DNA of 64,000 nucleotides from an uncultured Actinomycetes bacterium. GTDB taxonomy: Bacteria; Actinomycetota; Thermoleophilia; Gaiellales; Gaiellaceae. Numbering within the stretch: the first letter of the stretch is position 1; every line of letters starts with the position of its first letter. The notes below the pieces were generated by a model. The model ran no database searches, was not told the origin of the DNA, and was given only the letters and a program-made list of their open reading frames with translations. The position numbers were made by a program, and so were the translations under genes. Shown in pieces: positions 47,673-56,800 of the stretch. The DNA is taken from positions 182,173 through 246,172 of the forward strand of contig CAWERG010000007.1 of the NCBI GenBank assembly GCA_963811415.1, given 5' to 3'.

Positions 47673-49030
47673 GCGCGGCCGCCGCCGAGCAGGTAGCAAT
47701 CCCGGGCGGCGTGCCGTTGCACGCCGAGGCCGAGCGTCGTTACCGCGAGCGGACGCCGCGCTCCCGCGAATTGCTCGAGAAAGTGCGCGAGCTGATTCCG
47801 AGCGGCCACAGCGGTGGGATGTGGTACCAGTTGCCGTATCCGACGCTGCTCGAGCGTGGCAAGGGCTCGCGTGTCTGGGACGTCGACGGGAACGAGTATC
47901 ACGACTTCCGGATCGGCGACTGGGTCCTGATCCACGGCCATTGCAACGACGTCATCCGCGACGCCATTGTCGCGCAACTCGACAAGGCCGTTCAGTTCGG
48001 CTCGCCGGAGTGGGATCTCGGCTACCGGATGGCGACGCTGCTCGTCGAGCGGATGCCCTCGTTTGAGAAGGTGCGCTTCGCCGTCACGGGCACCGATTGC
48101 AACCAGATCGCATTGCGGCTCGCGCGTACATACACCGGTCGTCAGAAGATCGCGAAGATGTCCGCCGGCTACCACGGCGTCGCCGATCATCTGTTGATTG
48201 CGAACGGGATCAGCTACGACCCGAATCCCGTCCCGGCGGGCGTGCTGAGGTCCGCGGTCGAGGAAGTCGTCGTCCTGCCGTTCAACGACCCGGACGGGGC
48301 GGAGGAGGCGATCGAGCGGGAGAAGGACAATCTGGCCGCGGTGCTCGTCGAGCCGATCATGGGCGTCGCCGGGATGATTCCGGCAACGACCGAGTTCCTG
48401 CAACGGCTCCGTGACGTGACCGAGCGCCACGGGATCCTCCTGGTCTACGACGAGGTCGTGACCTTCCCGGTTGCCTACGGCGGCGCCCAGGCGCACTTCG
48501 GGGTGCTTCCGGACCTGACGACGCTAAGCAAGTCGATCGGTGGCGGTCTCCCGCTCGGTGCGGTGGGCGGTCGGGCCGAGATCATGAACCTGCTCGAGCC
48601 GAAGCTGAACGGCTGGAAGGCGCCCGTCGTCGCCGCCTCGACCTTCGGCGGCAACCAGGCCTCGCTCGCAGCCGGCATCGCCTGTCTCGAGCTGCTGACG
48701 CCCGAGGAGCACACCCGTGTCCAAGGCCTAGGCGAGAGGGCTCGCAACGGCATCGACGAGATCGGTCGCAAGCACAGCATCCCGCTCCGCTCGACCGGCT
48801 TCGGGCATCTCTTCGCGGTCCACTGGGCCGACGAGCCGGTGGTCGACTACGAGTCGTTGCTCAAGGTCGATCGTGCCAAGGTGAACAACATAACGCTCGC
48901 GCTCAACAACGAGGGCTACTACCTGTTCTCCTTCGGCGCTTTCCTCCTCTCGACCGCCGTCAGCGAGCAGGACATCGACGCCTTCCTCGCAGCCACCGAG
49001 CGGGCGCTCGAGGCGGTGGACCTCGTATGA
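47669..49030 (+). CDS. Class III PLP aminotransferase (GSA-aminomutase-like paralog)
   Basis: WDVDGNEY, GYHG, VEP, DEVVT, PDLTTLSKSIGGGLP, TFGGN. Confidence 0.88.
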   Translation: MSAAAAEQVAIPGGVPLHAEAERRYRERTPRSRELLEKVRELIPSGHSGGMWYQLPYPTLLERGKGSRVWDVDGNEYHDFRIGDWVLIHGHCNDVIRDAIVAQLDKAVQFGSPEWDLGYRMATLLVERMPSFEKVRFAVTGTDCNQIALRLARTYTGRQKIAKMSAGYHGVADHLLIANGISYDPNPVPAGVLRSAVEEVVVLPFNDPDGAEEAIEREKDNLAAVLVEPIMGVAGMIPATTEFLQRLRDVTERHGILLVYDEVVTFPVAYGGAQAHFGVLPDLTTLSKSIGGGLPLGAVGGRAEIMNLLEPKLNGWKAPVVAASTFGGNQASLAAGIACLELLTPEEHTRVQGLGERARNGIDEIGRKHSIPLRSTGFGHLFAVHWADEPVVDYESLLKVDRAKVNNITLALNNEGYYLFSFGAFLLSTAVSEQDIDAFLAATERALEAVDLV

Positions 49031-49242
49031 CTACCTCGGTCCACCTCAGCGTCGACCCCGAGCTCTGTGCGGCCTCGGCGATGTGCAAGCGCATCGCGCC
49101 GCAGCTGTTCGACCTGCCGGACGATGCCGACACGGCGGTCGTCCTGCAGGAGGTGGTGGACGACCCGGAGCTCGTCAAGCTCGCCGAGGAAGCCGAGAGC
49201 GGCTGCCCGACGCTCGCGATCGTGCTCAAACGGGACGGCTAG
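49027..49242 (+). CDS. [3Fe-4S]-type ferredoxin (P450 partner type)
   Basis: CAASAMC...APQLF...CP. Confidence 0.88.
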   Translation: MTTSVHLSVDPELCAASAMCKRIAPQLFDLPDDADTAVVLQEVVDDPELVKLAEEAESGCPTLAIVLKRDG

Positions 49243-49257
49243 GTCGATCCGCAACTG

Positions 49258-50067
49258 ATGCTGCGCGTCGGGGCCACAACCCTTGGCTACCTGCACTTGC
49301 GGGACACGCTCGGGCAGGCGCTTGAGTCGATCGCGCGCGCAGGGTACCGGCTTGCGGACGTCTCGCCGACCCCGCCGCATCTGTTCCTGCCGGGCTCGGG
49401 CAGCTACGAGCGACACCAGGTGCGCCGCCTGCTCGAGCGCTTCGATCTCGAGTGCCCGAGCGTCAGCCCGACGGAGCTCAACCTCGTGAGCACGAATCCG
49501 GAGTACGCGGAGCTTTCCCGGCGGCATCTTGAGCTGTCGCTCGAGTTGGCCCACGACCTCGGTGCCGGTTTCGTCGTGTTCGCACCCGGGAGGCTCTTCG
49601 CGCTCAACCCAGCACCCCTGAAAGACGTTCGAGCAACCCTCGTCAGCCAGCTCGAGTCGCTCGTTCCGGCGGCCGAGCGACTGGGGGTCGCGCTTTGCCT
49701 CGAGACCGTCCCGTTCGGTTTCATGCAGACCGGTCGCGAGGTAGCAGACATCGTCGACGAGATCGGCAGTGACTGGCTCCGCGGGGCATACGACGCGGCG
49801 AACACGCTTGCGACGGAGCCGCCGGTGGAGGGGATCCGGGCACTCGGCGACCGGCTCGCGGTCATGCACGTCAGCGGCGCCTGGAACGACCGGTGGGCGC
49901 ACGAGAGCGTGCGTGACTGCGACGTGGACTTCGCCGCCTGTGTGAAGGCCCTGCGCGAGATCGGGTTCGCGGGGCCGACGGTGTACGAGCTCGTCGATGG
50001 CGACGATCCCGAGGAACGGCTGCGTGACGATCTCGCTCTGCTCACCGGCTGGGGGTGGGAGGTCTAG
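49258..50067 (+). CDS. Sugar phosphate isomerase/epimerase family TIM barrel
   Basis: LET, YDAAN, MHVS, H, VYE metal-binding pattern. Confidence 0.82.
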   Translation: MLRVGATTLGYLHLRDTLGQALESIARAGYRLADVSPTPPHLFLPGSGSYERHQVRRLLERFDLECPSVSPTELNLVSTNPEYAELSRRHLELSLELAHDLGAGFVVFAPGRLFALNPAPLKDVRATLVSQLESLVPAAERLGVALCLETVPFGFMQTGREVADIVDEIGSDWLRGAYDAANTLATEPPVEGIRALGDRLAVMHVSGAWNDRWAHESVRDCDVDFAACVKALREIGFAGPTVYELVDGDDPEERLRDDLALLTGWGWEV

Positions 50068-50139
50068 GGTCACAACCACCAGCGTGGGCCTCCTTCTCGT
50101 TCCTTTGGCCAGGCACGAGGAGCTCACGACCAAGCGCGG

Positions 50140-51087
50140 TCAGCGCTCGTGCTCGTGGACCTGTAGGAGGTACTCCTCGAGACCGGCTTCGAGCGTGTAC
50201 GTCGGCCTGAAGCCAAGCTCCTCGACGAGGCGCCTATTGCTCAGGAGCGGCCCAGGTAGGAACGGCTCGGTCGCGACCGAGATGTCTGCCTGCGGGAGGA
50301 GGCGGCGCATAGCCGCCGTCAGTTCTCCGACGGGATAGCGTCCTGCCGTCAGGTTGAAGACGGCGTGGGGGGGCGGCGGCGCGGTGAGCGCGAGCCACCA
50401 GGCCTCGGCTGCATCCGCCGCATAGAGGAACTCGGTTATCTGGGCGTCCGGCGGCATCGTGACCGGCTGGCCGTGGGCAGCAAGTTCGGGGAAGGCCATG
50501 AAGTGGGGCTTCTCCTCTCCCATCAGGCCGGCCGCATTCGAGGCCCTTCGGAGCCGGCCGCGGCCCATCGTGGCGGCGACGCGGAGGCTGAGGACGGTTA
50601 GGCCATGCTGTTGCCTGTAAATCTCGGCAAGCTGCTCTGTCCATAGCTTGCAGCTCCCGTAGAGCACGGTCGGCCGGGGGTTGTAGTCCTCGTCGAGCTC
50701 TACACCGACAGCTGCCCCGTACACGGCCATCGAGCTCGCGTTGACGAGGCGCCTGACGCCGTGCAGCCGGGCCGCCTCGAAGACCGTCGCCGTGCCGACG
50801 CAGGTCATCTGGACATAGGGGACAATCCTGTCCGGGTGCGCCGTTCCGGGCATGAAGGCGAGGTGCGCGACGCAATCGATGTCGTTTGCCGCCATGGTGT
50901 CGAGCAGGGCGCCTTGATCGAGAACGTCGCCCGTCACGATCTTCACCTGATCGCGGATGTCCTCGATCCGCTCCAGCGCCGGATAGAGATCGAAGAGCAC
51001 GACGTCGTTGCGCTGCTTCACGCGTACGAGGTGGCGCGCGATGTGGGAGCCGAGAAACCCGGTTCCGCCTGTGATCAGGATTGCCAG
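50140..51087 (-). CDS. NAD-dependent epimerase/dehydratase; probable CTG start
   Basis: ILITGGTGFLG lies upstream of the ORF-track start; ASSMAVYG, YGSCK; the only candidate start before the Rossmann motif is CTG51087. Confidence 0.85.
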   Translation of the reverse strand: MAILITGGTGFLGSHIARHLVRVKQRNDVVLFDLYPALERIEDIRDQVKIVTGDVLDQGALLDTMAANDIDCVAHLAFMPGTAHPDRIVPYVQMTCVGTATVFEAARLHGVRRLVNASSMAVYGAAVGVELDEDYNPRPTVLYGSCKLWTEQLAEIYRQQHGLTVLSLRVAATMGRGRLRRASNAAGLMGEEKPHFMAFPELAAHGQPVTMPPDAQITEFLYAADAAEAWWLALTAPPPPHAVFNLTAGRYPVGELTAAMRRLLPQADISVATEPFLPGPLLSNRRLVEELGFRPTYTLEAGLEEYLLQVHEHER

Positions 51088-51121
51088 GAGCCCACCATCC
51101 GACGGGCAGCCTACGTCATGC

Positions 51122-52390
51122 GTGGATTACACTCGCAGTATCTCCGACGTAGCTGATCGCAGCGGTGTCCAGGCGTTCGAATACCCGTCGGACTCCGTCA
51201 TCGAGTGCCCCTACCCGTTCTACGATGCACTGAGGGCGGAGGCTCCCGTTCACGTGCTTCCGAGCGGCGACGTGATGATCTCGCGCTGGGAGGACATCGT
51301 GCACGTGGTGCGCAACCCGGAGATCTTCTCGAGCCTCGTCGGCCCGTCCAACGAGCATGTGCTCGGGGGTCCTCGGGTCGGCGGGGACGACGCGGGGCCG
51401 TGGCCCCTCTCGTTCTCGGATGATCCCGAGCACAAGCGGAACCGGCAACTGAACGCCTTCCTCGTCTCCCGCGACCGTCTGCGCGGTTACGAGCCCGGAA
51501 TCCGGGTGATCGTCAATGGTCTCATCGACGGCTTCATCGGGCGCGGCGAAGTGGAGTTCCGAACCGAGTTCGCCGAGCGCCTGCCGCGCCTCGTCACGAT
51601 GGAGATCCTCGGCATGCCGCTGGACGACGAGCCGAAGTTCGCCGAGTGGTTCAGCGGCCAGGGCCCGCGCGGGACACGTCTGGCCTCACGCGCCGAGCAG
51701 GAGCGCGAGACGCTGAACAAGCGCAATCTCGCCGAGTACATGAAGGCATTCATCGTCGACCGCGCGGAGCGGCCATTGGACGACTACTTGAGCTTGCTCG
51801 CCCGCGCGCAGGTCGAGCGAGACGGCGCACTCGACGTTCCGTACCTCGTCACAGAGGCCGTGGGCCTCTTCGGTGCGGGGATCGGCACGACGATGCACTT
51901 CCTCTCGAACTCGATGCTCCTGCTGCTGCAGCACCCTGAGGAGATAGCGGCTCTGCGCGACGACCCGGCGCGAATGCGCCCCTTTCTCGAAGAGACGCTG
52001 CGCACGGAGTCGCCGGTTCAGTGGAGCAGCCGCATCGCAGCCCTCGACACTGAGCTACATGGGGTCCAGATTCCGGCGGGCAGCAACATCCTGCTCGTGT
52101 GGGGCTCGGGGAACCGGGATCCCGGGCGGTTCGACGATCCCGAGCGGTTCTGGGTGGGCCGACCCGATGTCGCGAAACACCATCTCGCCTTCGGCTACGG
52201 CATGCACATGTGCATCGGGGCGCCGCTTGCGCGGCTCGAGGCGCAGATCGCGTTCGAGCATCTGCTCGCACGGCTGCCGAACCTCAGGCTGGCGGACGGC
52301 ACAACCATTACGCATCAGCGCAGGTTCAACCAGCGTGCCCCCGAGGCGGTGCCGATCCAGTTCGATCCCGGCACGGCACTCGGCGTCTAG
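51122..52390 (+). CDS. Cytochrome P450
   Basis: PYPFY, DDPEH, EETLR, NRDP, FGYGMHMCIG; start GTG51122 or ATC51140. Confidence 0.93.
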   Translation: MDYTRSISDVADRSGVQAFEYPSDSVIECPYPFYDALRAEAPVHVLPSGDVMISRWEDIVHVVRNPEIFSSLVGPSNEHVLGGPRVGGDDAGPWPLSFSDDPEHKRNRQLNAFLVSRDRLRGYEPGIRVIVNGLIDGFIGRGEVEFRTEFAERLPRLVTMEILGMPLDDEPKFAEWFSGQGPRGTRLASRAEQERETLNKRNLAEYMKAFIVDRAERPLDDYLSLLARAQVERDGALDVPYLVTEAVGLFGAGIGTTMHFLSNSMLLLLQHPEEIAALRDDPARMRPFLEETLRTESPVQWSSRIAALDTELHGVQIPAGSNILLVWGSGNRDPGRFDDPERFWVGRPDVAKHHLAFGYGMHMCIGAPLARLEAQIAFEHLLARLPNLRLADGTTITHQRRFNQRAPEAVPIQFDPGTALGV

Positions 52391-52401
52391 CAGCGTCTGG
52401 C

Positions 52402-53727
52402 TTACGGCGCGGCTGCGGACACCGTTGCTGCGAGCAGGCCGTCAAGGCCGGGAGCGCGCACCAGCTCGATCGCGCGAGCGGTGGCCTCCTCGCCGAGCAA
52501 GGGCACCGTCAGGGCTGTGAACTTGGCGACGAGTCGTAGCCATTGCGCGGGAAGCTCGCGGTCGCTAGCAGGGGGCTCCGACTCGCAGACGGCCGAGAGC
52601 CGCCTCCCATCGCGGAGCTCGATCGTCACCCGTGCCGGCGCCGCGTCGCGCTTCGTTGCTACGACCCGAGAGCAGAGGCCCGTCAGCTCCGGATCGGCGA
52701 CCGTCTCGGCAGTGAAGCCGGCCTGGCCCGTGTCCCGTCCGGCAAGCGCGAGGGCGGCGCAGAACGGGAGGCTGAAGCGCGCCTCGAGCTCGTCCTTCGG
52801 CAGGTTGTAGCTACACACATCGAGCACGGCGGGTCCGGCCTCGACCTCGACCCGCTCCACGTCGTCGGCCGTGAAGGCATGGGTCGCACGGAGGTCGAGG
52901 ATCGCGTCGATCACAGGGTTTGTCAGACCGCAGGCCGCATGGTGGCGGAAGACGATCGAGCGCACGCCTGGCTCGATCGGCGATAGGGAGGAGCGAGAGT
53001 CGAGGCCCGCGCCGGCCGCCGCCGCGAGCTCGTCGACCGCGCGGGCGGGCGCGGTCGCACCCCGCTCGGCGAGAAGTGCCGCCAGCATGCCGTCGGCGGC
53101 CGCCTTGCCAGTGTGCAGCGACTTGCCGGCCGTTCCAGCGGAGACCTTCAGGCCCGCAGCCTGTGTCGCCGCCAGACCGAGGGACCGGTGCACTGCATCC
53201 TCGTCGAGCCGAAGCACTCGCGCGCAGGCGGCGGCCGACGCCAGGGTTCCGATCGTCCCGGTTGCGTGCCAGCCGGCCGCCGAATGTGCCGGCCCGACGA
53301 CGATCGCGACCTGGCAGGCCACGTCGTAACCGGCGAGGATGGCCGCGGCCACGTCGGCGCCGTCTGCGGACCTGGTCTCCGCGAGCGCGAGCGTCGCGGC
53401 GCAGATCGACGCGGAGGGGTGGCCGCCCATGGCGCGCGCGATGTCGTCGAGCTCGAGGGCGTGTGCCGCCACGCCGTTCGCGAGGGCTGCCTCGCGCGCA
53501 GAGCAGCGACGGTCGGTGCCCAGCACCGTTGCGGAGGCGTCGGCGGGACCGTCGGCGACGATCGCTCGAACTGCGCGTGCGGGAGAAGATGATGCCCCGG
53601 CGAGCGTCACTCCGATCCAGTCGAGGACGCAGTGGCGGAGTCGTTCGATGTCGGCTGCCGCGACCTGCTCGGCCTCGAGAGTCGCCACGTGGCGTGCAAG
53701 CAACGCCGTCAGGTCGGGCGAGCTCAC
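52402..53727 (-). CDS. MmgE/PrpD family protein
   Basis: DWIGV, ANGVAAHALELDD, GHPS, GWHATG, KSLH.G, RFSLP. Confidence 0.9.
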   Translation of the reverse strand: MSSPDLTALLARHVATLEAEQVAAADIERLRHCVLDWIGVTLAGASSSPARAVRAIVADGPADASATVLGTDRRCSAREAALANGVAAHALELDDIARAMGGHPSASICAATLALAETRSADGADVAAAILAGYDVACQVAIVVGPAHSAAGWHATGTIGTLASAAACARVLRLDEDAVHRSLGLAATQAAGLKVSAGTAGKSLHTGKAAADGMLAALLAERGATAPARAVDELAAAAGAGLDSRSSLSPIEPGVRSIVFRHHAACGLTNPVIDAILDLRATHAFTADDVERVEVEAGPAVLDVCSYNLPKDELEARFSLPFCAALALAGRDTGQAGFTAETVADPELTGLCSRVVATKRDAAPARVTIELRDGRRLSAVCESEPPASDRELPAQWLRLVAKFTALTVPLLGEEATARAIELVRAPGLDGLLAATVSAAAP

Positions 53728-54542
53728 TGGGCGGCTGCTGCGCCCCAGGTCGTGATCGTCGCTCCGCCGTCGACGGGGATGATGCTTCCGGTGACGTAGG
53801 CACCGCCAAGCGCGGTGAGGTAGACGAGCGCGCCCGCGACGTCGTCGCTCTCCGCGAGCCGCCCGAGCGGGGTGGCTGCGACGAGCCGCGGCTCGGCGTC
53901 GGCGAGCAGCTCTGCGGTCATCTTCGTGCGGATCGGGCCGGGAGCGATGCAGTTGACGGTGATTCCGCGGCCACCGAGGCGGCGGGCGAGCACGCGCGTG
54001 AGGTGGTGGATCCCGGCCTTCGCTGCCGAGTAGGCGAAGTTGTCGAACGTTCCGACCGCGCTCCCGTCGACCGATCCGATGTTGACGACGCGAGCGGGGT
54101 CACCGGGTTGCGCGGCTGCCTCGAGGAGATCGACGGTGTGCTGCACGAGCTGGAAGGCAGAGGCGACATCGAGGTTGAGGACCTTCGTCCAGGCGCTCGC
54201 CGGATACTCCTCGAACGGGGCGCCCCAGGTGACGCCGGCGTTGTTGACGAGAATGTGCAGCGAATCGCGCTGTCGGGACAGCTCGTCTACGAGCGCCGCG
54301 ACGCCCGCCTCGGTCGAGAGATCCGCGACGATCGCCGTGCAGGGCCCATGCTGCGAGAGATGGCTGATCGCCTCGGCCGCGGCCTCCTCGCGCCGCGTCG
54401 TGATGATCACGGCGGCGCCGTGAGCGAGGAGCGCCTCGGCGCAGATCAGCCCCACGCCTCGTGCCCCGCCCGTCACGAGCGCGGTCTTTCCCGCCAGGGA
54501 GAAGAGATCTCGCCCGCCGGCGCCTTCGGCAGCTTCGCTCAC
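53724..54542 (-). CDS. SDR family oxidoreductase
   Basis: DLFSLAGKTALVTGGARGVG, VNNAG, YSAAK, VDGG; GTGA overlaps on both sides. Confidence 0.88.
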   Translation of the reverse strand: MSEAAEGAGGRDLFSLAGKTALVTGGARGVGLICAEALLAHGAAVIITTRREEAAAEAISHLSQHGPCTAIVADLSTEAGVAALVDELSRQRDSLHILVNNAGVTWGAPFEEYPASAWTKVLNLDVASAFQLVQHTVDLLEAAAQPGDPARVVNIGSVDGSAVGTFDNFAYSAAKAGIHHLTRVLARRLGGRGITVNCIAPGPIRTKMTAELLADAEPRLVAATPLGRLAESDDVAGALVYLTALGGAYVTGSIIPVDGGATITTWGAAAAQ

Positions 54543-56162
54543 TGTTGCGACCCGAGCTCTTCGACGAGCTGATCGCGGAGGCTGAACTTCTGGACCTTGG
54601 TTGCGGACATCGGCCACTCCTCGACGAAGCGCACGTGGCGGGGCACCTTGAACGACGCGATCGACCCCTGGCAGTACCCGATGACGTCGTGCTCGGTCAG
54701 GCTCGCGCCGGGTACGAGCTCTACGAAGGCTGCCGGGACCTCGAGCAGCCGGTCGTCGGGCACGCCGACGACCTGCGCCAGCTTGATCGAGGGGTGGGTG
54801 GCGAGATACGGACTCGATCTCGATCGCGGCGACGTTCTCGCCGCCGACCTTGAGCATGTCTTTCAACCTGCCGTGGAATGAGATCCGGCCCGCCTCGTCG
54901 ATCGAGCAGAGATCACCGGTGTGGAAGTACCCCTCCTGATCGATCGAGAGCTCCGTCTGCTCGGGGTTGTTGTAGTAGCCCTCGAATCGGCTCGGGCCGC
55001 GGCCCACGAGCTCACCGCGCTCTCCCGGCGGCAGCGGCTCGCCTGTCTCCGCCTCGACGATGCGCAGGTCGAAACCGGGGAGCGGCACGCCACATGTGTT
55101 GACCCTCACCTCGAGGGGATCGTCGAGCTCGGTGAAGACGAGTGTGCCGCACAGCTCGGTGATGCCGTAGGCGCTCATGAGCACGGCCGGCTCGAATGCC
55201 GCCTGGATCTGCCGCTGAACGTCCGGTGGGGCGACGTTCGTGATGAGCCTGACGCCTGACAGATCAAGGCTTGCGAAGCGGGGATGGTGCATGAGCGTGA
55301 GCGTGATGGTCGGAAAGAGTGGATAGAGCACCGTTGCGCGTTCGCGCTCGATCAGGTCGAACGCAGCATCGGGGTCGAAGCGGGCCATGCTCATGAACGT
55401 CGCTCCTGCGACGAAGACGCCGGACATCAGCATCAGCGCACCTGCATGGAACATCGGCAGCGGATCCCACCAGCGATCGTGCGGCGGAATCTGGAAGCGC
55501 TCCGCGATGCCTTCGGCGTCGAGCACGATCGCGCGATGCGTGAGCATGCAGCCCTTCGGATGGGCTGTCGTACCCGAGGTGTAGAGGATCAGGGCGATGT
55601 CGTCAGGAGCAGGTCCAGCGGTCGGCTCCGGCTGGGTCGCGGCGAGCGCGCGCAGCGCTCCGCCGTCGACGAAGCCCGGTGCGCTGCGCTCTCCGACGAG
55701 CGCCAGCCCCTGCAGGAACGGCGCGTCGGCCAGCTCGAGCCGCGCGCCGGCAGCTGCGTCCTCGAGGCCGGGCAACGCCTCGTACAGGAGCGCCTTGAAG
55801 TTGACGTGCTCGTCCATGACATCCGTTGTCACGAGCGCGGTCAGCTCCGCGTCCACGATCACGTGGCGCAGCTCCCGCGCCTTGAAGCGCGTGTTGATCG
55901 GGACGAGCGTCGCGCCGAGCAGTCCAGCTCCCACGAGCAGCTCCACGAACTCCGGCGAGTTCGGCATCAGGACGCCGAACCTGCCGCCCCGGGTGACTCC
56001 GAGCGCCTGCAGCTCGCGTGCGCGCCACATCGCGTTCACGAGCAGCTCGCGATACGTCAGGCGAGCATCCGGGAAGACGAGTGCGTCCGTGTCGGGCGAG
56101 CGCTCGGCCGACGCCCGGACTATCTGTGCATACGTGCGCATGGTCGACTGGGTTGTGGTCAC
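54539..56162 (-). CDS. Acyl-CoA synthetase (one extra base near 54810 as sequenced); paralog of 29870-31558
   Basis: YTSGTTAHPKG, PLPMFHAG, YGITE, FHTGD, GRLKDMLKVGGEN; C-terminus FKVPRHV..KVQK in a shifted frame. Confidence 0.9.
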
Positions 56163-56229
56163 GTCCGCGGTCCGAGCCTAAAGCCTGCGCCGGGTGTGGG
56201 ACTCGAGCCGAATGCTGGGATCGTCTGCA

Positions 56230-56709
56230 TTACACGACCGCCTCGAAGGCAAACGGCGCGTCGACGAGTTCGGCCGGCAGCTCCGAAACGACGATCCGCC
56301 GTGTGATTCTCCACTGGCCGTCGACCTGGGCGAACACGTCGTCGTAGCGTCCGGAGTTTCGGATGCGCACGGCTCCGTCACCGCCAAGCCGGATGCAGAA
56401 GAAGTAGGCGCTTCCCTGCGCGCCGTCGGCCGTCTCCTCGACGAGAACGTTCGTGATCAGGTGCCGCATGCCGGGGAGGTCGGCGGCGCGTGCTTCGACG
56501 AAGGCGCGTAGCGCGTCCCGTCCGACGACCTCGTCCACCCCTGGCGGAACGAAGACGCCGTCGTTCGCGAAGAGCTCCGCCCACGCAGCTCCGTCGCCTT
56601 GATCGAAGGTGTGCGCGTAACGCGCATAGAGATCGTGCAGAGCTGCGCGATCGTCCGCCTGCAAGGCCATCGTCGTCTCCTCTTCTCGTGCGTCTGGTGT
56701 CGTCACCAT
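56230..56709 (-). CDS. SnoaL/NTF2-like protein (SnoaL_4, BaiE/LinA-like fold)
   Basis: DRAALHDLYARYAHTFD..W..F..DG, RHLITN, GRYDD..GQWRI; start 56709 (leaderless) or 56670 (SD). Confidence 0.85.
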   Translation of the reverse strand: MVTTPDAREEETTMALQADDRAALHDLYARYAHTFDQGDGAAWAELFANDGVFVPPGVDEVVGRDALRAFVEARAADLPGMRHLITNVLVEETADGAQGSAYFFCIRLGGDGAVRIRNSGRYDDVFAQVDGQWRITRRIVVSELPAELVDAPFAFEAVV

Positions 56710-56800
56710 TCTGTCGAACGTATGGTAGAAAACAAATCACGGCGGACCGACGAGCGTGGTGGCCGGCTGACAGCAACTCTCAACCGGAAGGACGAGCTGA

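Noticed and set aside
47669-49030. hemL assignment
   Set aside because: N-terminal substrate motifs differ (PSGHSGGMW, VAASTF) and the context is catabolic; called only a class III aminotransferase
53724-56162. 812-aa acyl-CoA ligase-SDR fusion in the ORF track
   Set aside because: The ligase C-terminal domain is intact in another frame (ending 54539) and overlaps the SDR GTG start; one extra base near 54810 explains the join
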